Numbered from the stretch's first letter, positions 40,153-56,518 are shown. The stretch is 64,000 nt of DNA from the human T2T-CHM13v2.0 reference genome, Homo sapiens (GCA_009914755.4 CP068257.2:25472001-25536000), one strand, 5' to 3'. Notes: generated by a model from the sequence alone, not told the origin. Numbers and translations: made by a program.

Positions 40153-40648
40153 AGAGAGATATAATTTTAATACCTGTACAATCTTAAATGTTCTGCACCT
40201 CCGGTTGAACTCTGACTGGTGTAGATAATTTTGGTATTTGGAAGTAGGTGCTGCCATAACAAACACACACAAATATGGAGTTGGCTTTGAAACCAAGTGG
40301 ATGGAGGCTGGAAGAAGTCTGAGAAAAATTTTGAAAGATCTGATGATAGAGAATGCCTAAATTGTCTTCAACCGATTGTGAGTCAAAATATGAACTTTAT
40401 GAGCCTTTCTGGTAAGGGCTCAGAATGAAGTGAGGGGCATGTTATTGGAAACAGGAAGAATGGAGATGCTTGTTAGGTAATGGCAGAAAATGTAGTGGAA
40501 TTGTCTCCTGTGAGAATAGTGGAAAATAGAATTTCCTCTGGCTGGTAGCAGAAGCGATTCAAGGTACTGGAAAGATTTGATGCACTATTGCTGATTCAAA
40601 GATGGAGAGGCCCATATACAAGAACCAGAGAGTAGTAGCTTTGCATTA

Positions 40649-41510
<862 letters not shown>

Positions 41511-43271
41511 AATTTTGGCACTTGCTGGTCTTCTGAATTATAGAAATGTGAGATTTTTTTTAAAAGCCTCTAGGTGAGTAGTAATAATGTGTTATGTAGT
41601 GATAGTAAACTAATGCAAACAACATGTACTAGTGGCCAGTCACAATTTCTTAAAAACCAAACCAAAACAAACAAGAAAGAACAAAACAAACAAGAAACCT
41701 GGCCCTAGGATGCTCTGATCAAACAGTCTATAGTCTCTACCACCGCAGTTGATCCCAACATCTTAATTTTCCTCTTCCTGTCATCCATTCTAGATTTCTT
41801 TATCTTTGGACAGACATCTCTTTGTCTAATCTTCTTGACAAAGGATTAAAAAGGAAATCCAAATACAAATAAATAGGAACAGAGGACCTGACACCCATAC
41901 CACACCTACCTCAGATGCACTGACTTCTCTCCCTTTGCTAAGATTTTTATCCATTGTGGAGCTGGAAAGGGGCTTGGAGATTGGACGTTTCTAAGTGATC
42001 TGATGGAAAAGAAAAGATCCAGCTCTGGGTGGACATTTCATTACATTGTCACCTGGTAGTCCATGTTCTGGTGCACCATCTCTAGCAGGACCCAACAGCA
42101 TAAGGAGCTTCTTTCAAAATGTGACTAGTTCTTTGCCAAAGATGGTATGACTTTGTTTCAATTCCTAGTTCTGTGCTGTGGTTTTTTTTTGCTATGGTTC
42201 TCCAGAGACTAGACATAATGTTTTATCTACCAAAAAGACCTCCGACCTCCTGTACTATGTGATCTGCAAGTCATTTGTACAAAGTGGCAGAGCTACTTTT
42301 ACCATAACTAAAACTGCTGAAGAATCTACCTTGCTATGGGCCACACTGAAAACTGTCAGCCTTCTAAGTCACTTATTACATGGAACAAAAGCAATATTCC
42401 CAGTGTAATATGCATTGTTTCCAAAATCCAAAGAGACCAACTGAGATTATCAGCACCCTGCTTCTCACCACCTATGATGGACTGAAGTACAAATGAAGAG
42501 GTAATGCATTCATTTTGTAATAGTTCTTTACATGAATTATATGGGCTAAATTACACTAATAAAGATTGTAAAATTAATTAGCAGTTGTTGGTAGCCACAT
42601 ACGCTCTGAAGGAAGAAAATAGACACTATTAAATAAGGTGGCAGAGTAAAAGCCAAAAGCCATTCTTTGCAGCATTTCAAGAGACTCACATTTCTTTCAT
42701 GTGCAAAATGTGTTGAAGAGAAAAATGTGTTGAAAATCAGGTTCAAGATTTTAAAGGAAGAGAGGTAGAGCCAAAAGGAGACTAAATTCATATTTCTGTC
42801 AAATTCTTCTATACTGAGTTCAGGGCCCTATTGGGGAGGAGTGGAATATTAAGCCTGGATGGAGACATTCGGGAGGATGAACTAAGAATTTCAATCCCTA
42901 TGAGCCAGCAGCAATAAACACCCTCCCTCCATCATGACGAAAAGAGCATCTTCCCATTGCTTGAAACTGTGCAAAGGATTCACCCAAGATCGATGACTTC
43001 TAAGATGATGCTTGTCTTTCTTACTTTCTACCCCTACTTCCCCTAATTGCCTCTGAACCAATTACATAGGACAAATCTCTGCATGACTTAATCAGGAAAA
43101 TCATGTTCCTACTAGGAGAAGAAAGGGAATGTTCAACATAGAGTGATAGGCCTGACTAATATGTACTGATTATAACCAGGAAAACCTGCCTGGGAGTGGA
43201 TCTTAAGGGTCTCAACTATGGAGAACAGAATATGAGCCTGGAGAAGAGTGACTATATTCATATAGGTACTA

Positions 43272-44518
43272 TAGGTTGGTGCAAAAATAATTGCGGTTTT
43301 GGACTGTGAATTTCAAATTATTATAACTAGACTCAAACACATCTTTATAAATCAAAATAGGAACCATTATGATCAGCACATTTTTGCCAAGAAATAAGTC
43401 TGTTTATTCCTATAACATAAAAATCAGTGCTTCAGGATTTGAAGTCTTGGAAAGCATTTTCTGCATCCTGTTCATTGTGGAAATGTTTTCCCTGCAAAAA
43501 GTTGTCAAGATGCTTGAAAAAGTGTCAGTCAGTCGGCGAGAAGTCAGGTGAATACGGCAGAAGAGGCAAAACTTCGTAGCCCAGTTTGTTCAACTTTTGA
43601 AGGGTTGGTTGTGCAACTTGTAGTCAGGCATTGTTGTGGAGAATTGGGCCCTTTCTGTTGACCAATGCTGGCTGCAGGAGCTGTAGTTTGTGGTGCATCC
43701 CGTTGATTTGCTGAGCATACTTCTCAGATGTTATGGTTTCACTATGATTCAGAAAGCTGTAGAGGATCAGACTGGCAGCAGATCAACAAACAGGGACCAT
43801 GACCTTTGTTTGGTATAAGTTTGGCTTTGGGAAGTGCTTTGGAGCTTTTTCTCGGTTTAACCACTGAGCTGGTGTAGCTAATTGTCATATAAAATCCACT
43901 TTTCATGGCATGTCACAATCTATCTGATTGATTGAGAAATGGTTCATTGTTGTTGAGTAGAATAAGAGAAGAGGGTGCTTCAAAATAACTTTTTTTTATT
44001 TTTTATTTTTGCTCAGCTCATGAGGGACCCACTTATTGTGCTTTCTCACCTTTCCAATTTGCTTCAAATGCCGAATGACTATGGAATGGTTCACTATGAG
44101 TTCTTTGGCAACTCTCAGCTGGTTACTGTCAACTTCCGATGGCCGGCCACCATGCTCCTTATCTTCAAGGCTCTCCTCTCCTATGCAAAACTTCTTGAAC
44201 CACCACTGCATTGTATATTCGTTAGCAGTTCCTGGGCCAAATGCGTTAATGTTGCAAGTTGTCTCTACTGCTTTAAGACCCATTTTGAACTCAAATAGGA
44301 AAATCTCTTGAATTTGCTTTTTGTCTGACATCATTTCCATAGTTTAATTAATATAAAATAAACAGCAAGAAATAAGTCATTCACAAAACAAAAACTAAAG
44401 CCAGAAATGCACATTAAAATGATATATAACATAACCACATTTATTTAAGAATGTATTCCAATATCAAATGGCAAATTTCAAGAATACAAAAACCACAATT
44501 ATGTTTGCACCAACCTAA
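43272..44518 (-). mobile_element. Hsmar1 mariner DNA transposon, near full length (about 1.25 kb) with a decayed transposase ORF
   Basis: Terminal inverted repeats taggttggtgcaaaaataattgcggtttt (43272-) and its complement aattatgtttgcaccaacctaa (-44518), flanked by TA on both sides. The minus-strand ORF 43996-44340 translates to ...EFKMGLKAVETTCNINAFGPGTANEYTMQWWFKKFCIGEESLEDKEHGGRPSEVDSNQLRVAKELIVNHSIVIRHLKQIGKVRKHNKWVPHELSKNKK. This matches the N-terminal DNA-binding part of the Hsmar1 mariner transposase, the same domain as in the SETMAR fusion protein (...FEFKMGHKAAETTRNINNAFGPGTANERTVQWWFKKFCKGDESLEDEERSGRPSEVDNDQLRA...HLKQIGKVKKLDKWVPHEL..). The downstream catalytic part is broken by stops and frameshifts. 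Confidence 0.88.
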
Positions 44519-44521
44519 TAC

Positions 44522-44882
44522 CTTAGCATGTTTGGGCTGCTACAACAGAGTACAAGAGACTGGGTAATTTATAAATAATAGGGATTTATTGCTCACAGTT
44601 CTGGAGGCTAGGAAGTTCAAGATCAAGGTGTCAGAAGATTCAGTGAAATGAATTTTCTGGTGAAAGCTCCCTGCTTCATGGAGGGAGTGTGTCCTCACAT
44701 GGCACAAGGAGCAAACAGGCTTCCTCACACCTTTTAAAATAAGGGCACTAATCTCACATATGAGGGCTCCTAATATGATCCTAATTACCTCCCAAAGGCC
44801 CCCTCTTAATACTATTACCCTGGGGGATTAGATTTTAACACAGGAATTTTGGTAGGACATGAATATTCAGACCATAGCGGCT
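44522..44882 (+). mobile_element. MaLR-type LTR (MLT1-like; tentative), directly abutting the Hsmar1 copy
   Basis: ttagcatgtttgggctgctacaacagagtacaagagactgggtaatttataaataatagggatttattgctcacagttctggaggctaggaagttcaagatcaaggtgtcagaag...ctaatctcacatatgagggctcctaatatgatcctaattacctcccaaaggccccctcttaatactattaccctgggggattagattttaacacaggaattttggtaggacatgaatattcagaccatagc. Same family as 12229-12495. Confidence 0.5.
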
Positions 44883-44937
44883 GCAATCAAGAAAACAAAA
44901 AACACTTATCCATTGTATCTACAGAAATTTATCTCAT

Positions 44938-44960
44938 GTGTATATGTGTGTGTGTGTGTT
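44938..44960. repeat. (GT)n short dinucleotide repeat
   Basis: tgtgtatatgtgtgtgtgtgtgtt seen directly. Confidence 0.8.
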
Positions 44961-47560
44961 TTCTCAGAATCTGCAAGTCCACCTTTCTAAATGATTATAA
45001 ATCTTTTGAGGCCCAGGACACAATTGTGGGTAACTTGGAGCTTACGCTCTACAATTTCAATAAATATGTGCTAAATAAATGATGTAGGAATGATATAGGA
45101 AGAAAGCAGTACACCACTGGAAATTACTATGATAAGCATGTAAATGATTCTGATTTGTACCAGTTATGCCTGAAAGTAGATGTTTTGCATTATGAGCTAG
45201 TTCTAAAAGACTCTCAGATGATTCTTAAAAGGATGATTGCACTTAATTTCACTTATAGTTTTGATTGGTGATGACAAAGTTTTCATTAAAGTTGTAAATT
45301 TCCACTCATTGCAGGAATGTCAGATGATCAAAAAGAGTGGGTACCAACTGAGCTATATACAAGCAAAGTGTCACTGTTAAAAAAAAAAAAAAGAAAAAAG
45401 AAAAATACTTCTTGATTCTAGAGAATAATTGACAGCTTGGAAAAAATCCACTCGGCCAGTTAGCTTTCCTCATTCTGCAAACATTAAATAGCATATTTTT
45501 ATTACAAACTTGACAGCCAGGCCTTAAGAATAAGCTCTGAAATGCCTGCGATTACATGTGTAGGCAGGGACTGCTATGACTGGCTGGGTTTCAGATTTGA
45601 GTGTTTGTTTAGACAGAGCAAGACCAAAAGGTGTTAGATCAGACCTAATCTCCACCAGACAGCTCAGAGGGGGGCTACAGATTTCTTCATTTGGTTTCAC
45701 CATTGAGTCTACGTCCCGTGGAAGCCATGTTATTCACCTTCACAGACCTCCCACCCATGAAAATAGGGACAGCCATTCCAAGAAAACAAGAACTAGAATT
45801 GCCACCCATGGAATAAAGCACATTTAGTGATGGTTGGGAGCAGCACTGTTTTTCTAAATTAACAAGCAGAAGGAAGCAAAGCGTGCTACTTTCTTGGCTT
45901 GGCTTATTTCTCACTTATTTATACACCTGAATCTCCACTGAAACAACACACTATTAGCTGAACAGAATCACCCTTTAGCCAGTGAGAGAAATTAGAAAAC
46001 ACACTTCATTGTAAGAGGTTTTATTTATTTATTACAACATGGCCAGAGGATAAGTATAAACATAACACAAACTGTTAATTTTAATTTTAATTTTAAAACA
46101 TGTTAGAGATTTCATGTGATCTGAATTCTTTCTCGGTCACTTCCGTCTTGGTCCCTACCACCAACCTTGCCCTTACTCCCAGCCCTTCAAGCAGCTTCTT
46201 AAGGGAAATTGACAAGAGAAAAACATATTTTTGAATAGGCTAAATTTGAAGTGTTCATTAAAACAAGTAGCTGATTGTAGGCTTCCACATCTCTTGAAAT
46301 GTTTTATGGCCGGTGTATGTCATTTAAAAAACCTTCCTTTTTCCAAAAAAAAAAAAAGAAAGAAAAGAAAATTATAGGATCAAATTAAACGCTCCCATTT
46401 CTGCTGTAGAGCTTGTGATGTCGTCAAGATCCATTTCATTTTTATGCCCCTATAACCTAGTTAAAGTACATTTTCTCTGTCTCTCCTCTCCGAGTCTGTT
46501 TATACCTGACTCCAGAATTATTTCTATCAGGGAGATACAAGGTCATTTTTTATACTATTAAAATAAACAGTTCTCCAGTTTTATACAAGACCTCTTTCAA
46601 ATATAGAACTTACGGGTTCTCTCTGTCAGATAATTTAAATGAATGTTTGAGACCTTTGGCTGGCTTTTTCTTTTATCATTCAAATATTGAAATTCTCAAA
46701 ATACCGCTCTGATTTTAAATAAGGAGGGACCTCACCCTCTTTAATTAGGAGTGACATAATCGGCACTGTCATAGATGATAGAAAAATGAATTAAAATTTT
46801 TTAAAGCCAATAAACTAAAACATTTTATTAGGTTTAATATAAATCTGATAGATTTAATTTTTATTCTTAAGCCTTTGAAATAGTATAAAAACAAATTTTA
46901 GCTACCACAATGGATTCATTTTGTTAATACCTCTTTGCCATGAACCAAAGTCAGACATAGTTGATTAGAAATGAAGACATTTTCATAGATCTTTGGTCTT
47001 TCAAGTTTCTTAGTAGCAGTACCTCAATATTTTAAAGGAGAATTCTCCACATTAACTTAAAAAATACTTAAGGCAATTTTTGAATTAATTTTATTTTTTC
47101 TACAAATAAAGTTAGTTTTTAAAATAAAAACAAGAAAATTCATTAATTTTGTAATTTTCCTGTACAAATTTAGAAATAATCTCTCATAAATAAGATAATT
47201 GACTAAAAATTTATTTTCTAAATTCTACAGTGTTACAGCTATCATTTGAATGTCTGTGTCCCTTCCAAAATTCATAATGAGACTTAATCTCCTAATGCAG
47301 TAGTACTAAGTTATGGGTCATTTAGAAGGTGGTTAGGCCATGAGGGCTCTGCACGCATATATGGATAGGTTTAGTGCCTATGAAAGGGCTGGAGAGAGCT
47401 AGCTAGCCCCTTTTTGTACTCTTATTCTTCCATCGCTTCTGCCATGTGAGGACATATTATCTGGCCCTTCTGCTTACTTCCACCACATGAGAATAAGCAA
47501 GAGGTGCCATATTGGAAGCAGAAAGTGGGCCTCATTCAGACACTAAACTTACTGACATCT

Positions 47561-47897
<337 letters not shown>

Positions 47898-48896
47898 CTG
47901 CTGACATCTTGATCTTGGGCCTTCAGCTTCAAAAACTGTGAGAAATAAATTTCTGTTTTTTATAAATTACTCTGTCTAAGGTATTTTGTTATCGGAGCAG
48001 AAATAGACTAAGATAATTATTGTAGGAAATTAGGTGCCCTCATTATACAATGACATAAAATGGTTGAGGAACTAATTTTATGTTCAATGATAATTTTTTT
48101 ATTAATTGAACTTATTGAATTTTTTTCCCATTTAGGTAAAACTATACCATTTAAAAATTCTTTTTATGTCTGTCATAGAAACAAATAGAAGGGTTCATTT
48201 ACTCTAAATGGGAAGTCAATAAAGAAAGAATTTCACTTCTGGAAGTGTGCCAGTTAGAGAAAATTTGGGACTAGCCAGTTTAACAAAGAGTCTGGACTAT
48301 CCTTTGTCCTTTGCTGTGCAAAGTTTCGTGCGGGAAACATACATTCAGTAGCATAGTCTAAGACATCCAAAAGTATAACGAGAACTTTGAAAGTATAAAA
48401 TAATGAAGTTGACAAAGGGGAGCAGATAATTTTTTCGTCATGAACAACTATGCCAGGAGCCAAGATACTAATGCCAGAAGCCCCAGGGAATGCCTAGGCA
48501 TTTGAACATCATGCCTAATTGAGCACTTTTCCCCTTGGATCACATACATTAAGATTAAGTTACTAGAGAGATAGGACCTCCTAACATTTTATAACGATGG
48601 TGACAATAGCATTCCTGTAGCTCCATGTTCTGAGAGTAGAAATGTTTTTAAAATTGTTAATCAAGCCATTCTTTTGGTTTATAAGAATTCAAATTAATGC
48701 TAAAATAGCTAAATCATAGTGGATTTTAGGAAATGGTTTTAATCACTGCCAAAAGAAACTCTGGAGATTATAGGGAAGAAGGATTTCATGTTAAATGTCA
48801 ACTCATTGAAATCCTGCAATTTAAATGAGTCATTTCTACACCTTGCACTGAGAATGTCTTTCTCCCTTTCATTTAGGATTACCTAACTAGTCTATT

Positions 48897-49358
<462 letters not shown>

Positions 49359-49383
49359 GTTGGCTCATTGTAGTTTTAATCCA

Positions 49384-49925
49384 GCAATCCAACTACTGAG
49401 TATATACTCGGAGGGAAATAATTCATTCTATCAAAAAGACTCATATACATTCATCACAGAGCTATTCACAATAGCAAACACATGGAATCAATGTAGGTGC
49501 CCGTCAGTGTTGGATTGGATCAAGAAAATGTGGGGCATATACACCCTGGAATACCACACAGCCATAAACATCAATGAAATCTTGTCCTTTGCAGCAATAT
49601 GGATGCGGGTAGAGGCCATTAAATTAAGTGAATTAATGCAAAACCAGAAAAGCAAATACTGTATGTTCTCACTTACAAGTAGGGGCTAAGTATTAAAAAC
49701 ACATAGACATAAAGATGGGAACAGTAGACACTGGGAATTACTAGAGGGGGGAGGAGAGAGGGAGGAATGGACTGAAAAACTACCTATTGAGTACTATGCT
49801 CACCATCTGGGTGAGGTGACAGAACCATTCGTATCCCAAACCTCATCATCATGTAATATAAACACAACCTTGCACATGTACCCCTGAATCCGAAACAAAA
49901 AAAATTACAATGTGTAAGATGAAAA
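49384..49925 (+). mobile_element. L1 (same older subfamily) 3' end in sense orientation: ORF2 C-terminus, 3'UTR and A-rich end. This is the direct part of the twin-primed L1.
   Basis: ccagcaatccaactactgagtatatactcggagggaaataattcattctatcaaaaagactcatatacattcatcacagagctattcacaatagcaaacacatggaatcaatgtaggtgcccgtcagtgttggattggatcaagaaaatgtggggcatatacaccctggaataccacacagccataaa...ttctcacttacaagtaggggctaa...ctgaaaaactacctattgagtactatgctcaccatctgggtgagg...cttgcacatgtacccctgaatccgaaacaaaaaaaattac matches the L1PA/PB 3' end consensus throughout. Confidence 0.85.
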
Positions 49926-49938
49926 GAAAAGAATTCTC

Positions 49939-50224
49939 TTTTTTTTTTTTTTTGACCTGGAGTCTGATTCTGTCACCCAGGCTGGAGGACAGTGACGCCA
50001 TCTTGGCTCACTGCAACCTTCACCTCCTGGGTTCAAGCGAATCCTCCTGAGTAGCTGGGACTATAGGTGCCCGCCACCATGCCCGGCTAATTTTTGTATT
50101 TTTAGTAGAGACGGGGTTTCACCATGTTGGCCAGGCTGGTCTGCAACTCCTGACCTCAGGTGATCTGCCTGTCTTGGCCTCCCAAAGTGCTGGGATTACG
50201 GGAGTGAGCCACCACACATGGGCA
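49939..50224 (-). mobile_element. Alu SINE inserted at the 3' end of the L1
   Basis: (t)15 gacctggagtctgattctgtcacccaggctggaggacagtgacgccatcttggctcactgcaaccttcacctcctgggttcaagcgaatcctcctgagtagctgggactataggtgcccgccaccatgcccggctaa...cccaaagtgctgggattacgggagtgagccaccacacatgggc. It has a short internal deletion in the right arm. Confidence 0.93.
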
Positions 50225-53200
50225 AATTCTTACAGATTTTTTTTTTAATCCAAAAGAAAGAAATTAATTTCTAAGATTAAGTAAATTTGAGAAGGTTGGT
50301 ACACGTTCATCAGCTGATTAAAATTTAACCATAACATGTTCACTTAAGAGTCTCTAAAATGAGATACTGGATTTACCCGGGAATTAGTTTGCCCCACTAT
50401 TAGTCTTATTTGTACTTCTCTCTGGCCTGACCTTGGTTGTCTTTGCATTGGTGGAGCCTGGGTTGAGTGATTACAGAGGGTGTGAAGAAGGGGCTACTTT
50501 CTCAGCACTCCACGTCACTACAACCTTTCAGATGCACACGTCCCTTTTGACCTAAGTAGCTTTCCTCAGGACAAGGGGTCAGAAGAGTGACAGACTTTTA
50601 ACCCGAATATACCCAGGAGGTCTACATAGTGTCCTTTTCATTACAGTATTCAGGCCAGTATATTTTCTGCTTGTTTGTTCATTGTTCGTTTATTTTAAAC
50701 AGAGTGTTTTCCTGCAGGTAGTAAGGAAAATATATTTTCCAACTTCATTAAAATCAATACTTACTGGTTCACCACTTAGTTGCAATGTCTTAACTCTTAC
50801 AACTTAGCGGTGAGTTCTTAATGGATTTAGGCATGACGTCACTAACCAAGTTCTAGTGTCTAGACTATTTACAGTGTAGTTTCTATTTATTAGCTTTCTT
50901 TCCTGGACTACATAATTGAGTCACCAAATGATTTTTATACATGGCATCACGTTAGGTATGATAACCCCATATTTGTGATGAGGTGGGGAAATCTTGTTAA
51001 TACCTTTCATCAGAATTCCTTTTATAAAAAGCTAGTGTATTTGCTCAGGGAAAAATACAAAGAAAATAACTACAGTCCCTTGACAAGTGATTGAGAGTGG
51101 AAGATGAGATCTTCAGGGACCTGGAAGTGGGTGGAAATGTTCTAAGTGAGATGTTAAAGTAATATACCTGTCAATCTAGAAAAAGGAGTGAGGAAGAGGG
51201 TTGTGGAGCTAGGTAGATGGTAGAGAGCTGTATGGAATTTAAAATAACTCCACCCATCGTCTGCTGTATGTTGAGTGAAGTTACCAAACTGAGAAATGCA
51301 TGTCATTAGTAGATGTGAGTGTTTAAGAGTGATGTGTGTTTGAAGGTGTGTATATGAACCAGTGACGGGGCTGGGTACATATCTGTACTCGTGGAGGGCA
51401 AAAGTCCACACAGACAGGAAAACACACAGTCAGAAGAAAGCCTGAGGACCTGTCTCAGCAGCTCCCAGAGACTGTGAGGAGGGCTCTGTATAGTCACAGC
51501 CTGAAATTGTGTTTCAGGTCAGGTTTAACCAGATCTCCAAGGATCAGAAGGATTCAAGATAATGTATGTGTCCCTTGGGGCAGATAAATATATGAAAAAT
51601 GGTTTCTAGGAAAGAACAGGATGGGGAGTCAACTATTGGTTCTGGCTTTTCTCCTGATTAAGGAGAAGGAACTCCATTTAAACTATAAAATGAGGGTGGG
51701 AGGAGAGAGGATCAGAAAAAATTACTAGTGGGTACTAGGCTTACTACCTGGGTGACAAAATAATCTGCAACAAACCTTTGTGACATGAGTTATTGATAGA
51801 AAAAACTGGCACATGTACTCCTGAACATAAAAGTTTAAAAAAAAAAAACAACTATAAAACGAGAAGCGTTTTGGGACTAGATTAAGCCAAAATATTCTTC
51901 CCCTACTCTGGAACCAGGAAGATATTCTCTGTATTATCTCCTATTAGCAATATAATTTTCTCTTTTATATGTCGATATTTATTCCATCTGAATTTTCCTT
52001 TTGGATGTGGTGTGAGAAAGGGACTCAAATTTATTTTTTTCTTATAATGAACTGCTTTTGTTAATATCATTTAAAACTACTCCATCTTTTCCCTTATGGG
52101 TTGTGATGCCAACTCTATGCTTTCTGTCTGACCACATATTAGTTGAAATTTTATTCCCTATGAATCTTCTCATGATTTCTTTGTAGATTTATAGCTATTA
52201 TTTCTTTCTCCTTTAAAAAATTAGTAGGAGGGAAGTCTCAGGATATTTAAATGGTGATGCATGTGACTAATATACGATCATTGAACTTTTCCAATGACAT
52301 TGCAATTCTCTAAATATTAAATCCTCTAAATGTTAAAATTAAACTCAGACCTATAATGCCTGAGTAGGGGGCACCCACGTAACTGAGTCAGTTATATGTG
52401 TGTATTAATGCATCACTTTAAGAAACATTTATTGAGTGCCTGTGATATGCCAGGCACTGGCTGTCTAAGAATATGGAAATGAATAGGACTGATGGTTGTC
52501 ATTTGCATCGCTATTGGTTTATTGTCTATCAAACAGCTTTGCCATGTAAGGCTCTATGCTAAGCAATCATTTTCATTAGATATTAGCTGGGTCTGGAACA
52601 AAAGAAATAAAATGAAATAATGTACCTAGAGATGTCAGATATTATGGGATCACCAGAGTTTTTCAATTGAAGGATTACATTAACTTGTGACAACCTACAA
52701 CTTGTAAGATATGAATTTTGCTATCTGCTAAGTAAGCTAACCACTAAGCTGTCATACTCTAAAGAGAAAATCAGCACTCATACCTATAAAGTATATGAGA
52801 ATTTATTGTTGAGGAAATATTTTATTTCTTATGTTTTGCTAAAACATATGAAATAATTTTAATTTTTAATTACTAATTTTTAATAAGACAACAAATGTCT
52901 CATTTATAGGTTAGTCCCTTTGGCTATCTACCCAAAGCAAAATCAAGAACTGTTGATTAAATAAAAAGCAATACTTCAGAACTAAAATAAATGTCACAGG
53001 CCATACACTAAAATTCATTGACTTCAGCCATAATAGACCTCGTGAATCCTTGCTTTGTTTGTATATATTTTTACTTCTGTAACACATTCTATAAATGTAG
53101 TCATCTAAATGTCCAGCTCACCACAGATTAGAAGCATAAAATAGAAGTGTAAAGTTATAAAAACAGCATCAGTAACTAGAGGAAGATAACCAATAATAGG

Positions 53201-53406
53201 AGAGAGTTATACCGGACAGCATGAAAGGTGACTGGGAATGCAGAATTCAAAACACAAAAGAGCATGGTAAAGTATAATCATGCATTTAACATTATAGCTA
53301 ATGATCCCTGGCCCCTTTTCTATAATAATGGTTGTTGATGATAGTGCCCTTCATGCTTAAAAAATGTAAATTTAGGATAAGTATCTCTGGTTAAAAAGAC
53401 AGATAT

Positions 53407-53904
<498 letters not shown>

Positions 53905-55796
53905 TCAGGTTCATCTCATTGAACCTGCCATCGTCAGGCATTGTGATGGATTTTCAAAAAGGTTATTTCATTAATTTTGATATGTACAGGGTAGAGTATA
54001 TGTTATTGTTTATACGCTTACAGATAAAACTGTTTCAGTAATTCACTTCAAATCACACCACCGGATAGTGACTGAACTGCAATTGGAATCAGTTCCAATT
54101 ACCAATTAATTAATTTTATTGGTAATTACCAATTACCGATAAAAATGGCCATTTTTATTGTAAGCGATGCAGTCTAGAACATTGGCTAGGACTGCTTTCA
54201 AGTCAGAGGACCTTGATTTTGAATCTCAAGTTTGGCATTACCTATTTGGCCATAAGAAATGACTTAGACTTGTGCACATGTACCCTAAAACTTAAAGTAT
54301 AATAATAAAAAAAAAAAGAAAGAAAGAAATGACTTAGACTTTCTGTGACAGAGCTTCCTCACCTGTAAAATAGGAATGGTAATACCCAATTTAAATAGTC
54401 ATGAAGATTTGATGAGATAAAGTATGTAAGTAAACACTTTGCATAATGATTAGCACTTTGTAATCACTCGACAAAGGAAAATATTCCATGACTCTTAATT
54501 GGAGAAACTTCTATCATTAGAGAATGCAAGATTTAAAGATAGCTTAGTCTCTCAGAATTCAGAATAAATTAAGTCATATTTCGATTATAATTAATCTACA
54601 GCAAGTAGTAAATACTCATCTTGTTGTAATAGTTGGCCATTGAATAAACTTAAGACGTTTTTCTGAGTCATCTGTTTTCTCAATCTTTAACAGTGTAATC
54701 CTTTTATCTCTAAACTCAGGAAACCATTCTTCAAAGTCTTACTATTTATTGTCAGAGAAAGCATATGTTTGTTAAGAGATCAGTATAAAGCTATCCCAGC
54801 TAATTGAGAGGAAAAAAATCAAGTCATATATCGTAAGTGGCATTATGTAAATAACATCTTATAGGCTAATTAGAAATAATTAGTTTTTAAATATTGGAGT
54901 TCACATTAAATTTATATTTTTTTTGTTAAATAATAGATGCCTACAAGTCAAACTGACTTTCTAACAATTAATATAAAAATAGATTTCCAATATTCTTCCT
55001 TTATTGTTCCATGCTGTTTTCCATTCTCTAGAAAGAACCTAGAGTGATCTCTTAAAGTACATGATAGTTCATTTGTCTTTCTATTTAAAACCCTCTGATG
55101 GCTTCCCATTACATGTAAAATAAGGCCTCATCTTCTTAAGGGCCCACAAGGTACTATATGATCTGGTTCTTGTCTCTGAATTCTTCTTCCTTCCATCCTC
55201 TTCCTTGCTTACTCTGTAGCTAACAAAGCATGTTCTTAACAATCCTTGAACATGTCCAGCTCATTTAAAACTCCACATCTTTTACCATGAGTGATATGAT
55301 TTGGCTGTGTCCTCACCCAAATCTCATCTTGAATTGCAGTTCCCATAAGCTGCACGTTTCTGGAAGGACCCGGTGGGAGGTGATTGAATCATGGGGGCTG
55401 TTACCCTCATGCTATTCTTGTGATAGTAGGTGAGTTCTCATGAAATCTGATAGTTTTACAAAGGACTTTTCTCCCCTTCACTCTGTACTTCTCCTTGCTG
55501 CTGCCATGTGAAGAAGGGTGTTTACTTCCCCTTCCACCATGAGTGTAAGTTTCCTGAGGCTTCCCAAGCATGCTGAACTGTGAGTCAATTAAACCTCTTT
55601 CCTTTATAAATTACTCAGTCTTGGGTATCTATTAGTAGCATGAGAATGGACTAATACAATGAGTGCTTTTCCTTACATTGCCAGCTTCTCATTCAGCTCA
55701 TTATTTCCTTTTCTACTCAAATGTCTCATGATCCTTCAGGGAACTTGCCTGACACCTTCTCTTTCACCATTCTGTGTGTGTAAAAATACATACAAG

Positions 55797-56146
<350 letters not shown>

Positions 56147-56518
56147 TTATCTCCCATTTCTGCCCAAAATTATTTTCTGTAGTACTTCCCTTCACCATCT
56201 GTTGATGGCATCTTAGGTATAACCTATAACTTTTGGTCAATTCCAGGTGTCAGTTCTATAATTACCATCCTTGACTTCATTTTATCTGTTCTGTTCTTTT
56301 GGCATTCCTATTGAGCTACAGAATACATTGTTATAGATATATAGAATACATAGCCACAGATACATAGACTTTCAGTATCTACTATTCATAGTATTTTTAA
56401 ACCATCAGTCCTTGCTTCATCTAGAACCATTATTTTATTCATCCTATCCATAAATTTTTTCCAACATACATCTATATTTATATCTATACCTAATCTATGC
56501 ATTTGTTTAAATTCAACA

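Noticed and set aside
43975-44311. Plus-strand ORFs of 107 and 91 aa inside the Hsmar1 copy
   Set aside because: They are antisense to the recognisable Hsmar1 transposase remnant. The transposase frame on the minus strand is the only biologically meaningful reading there.
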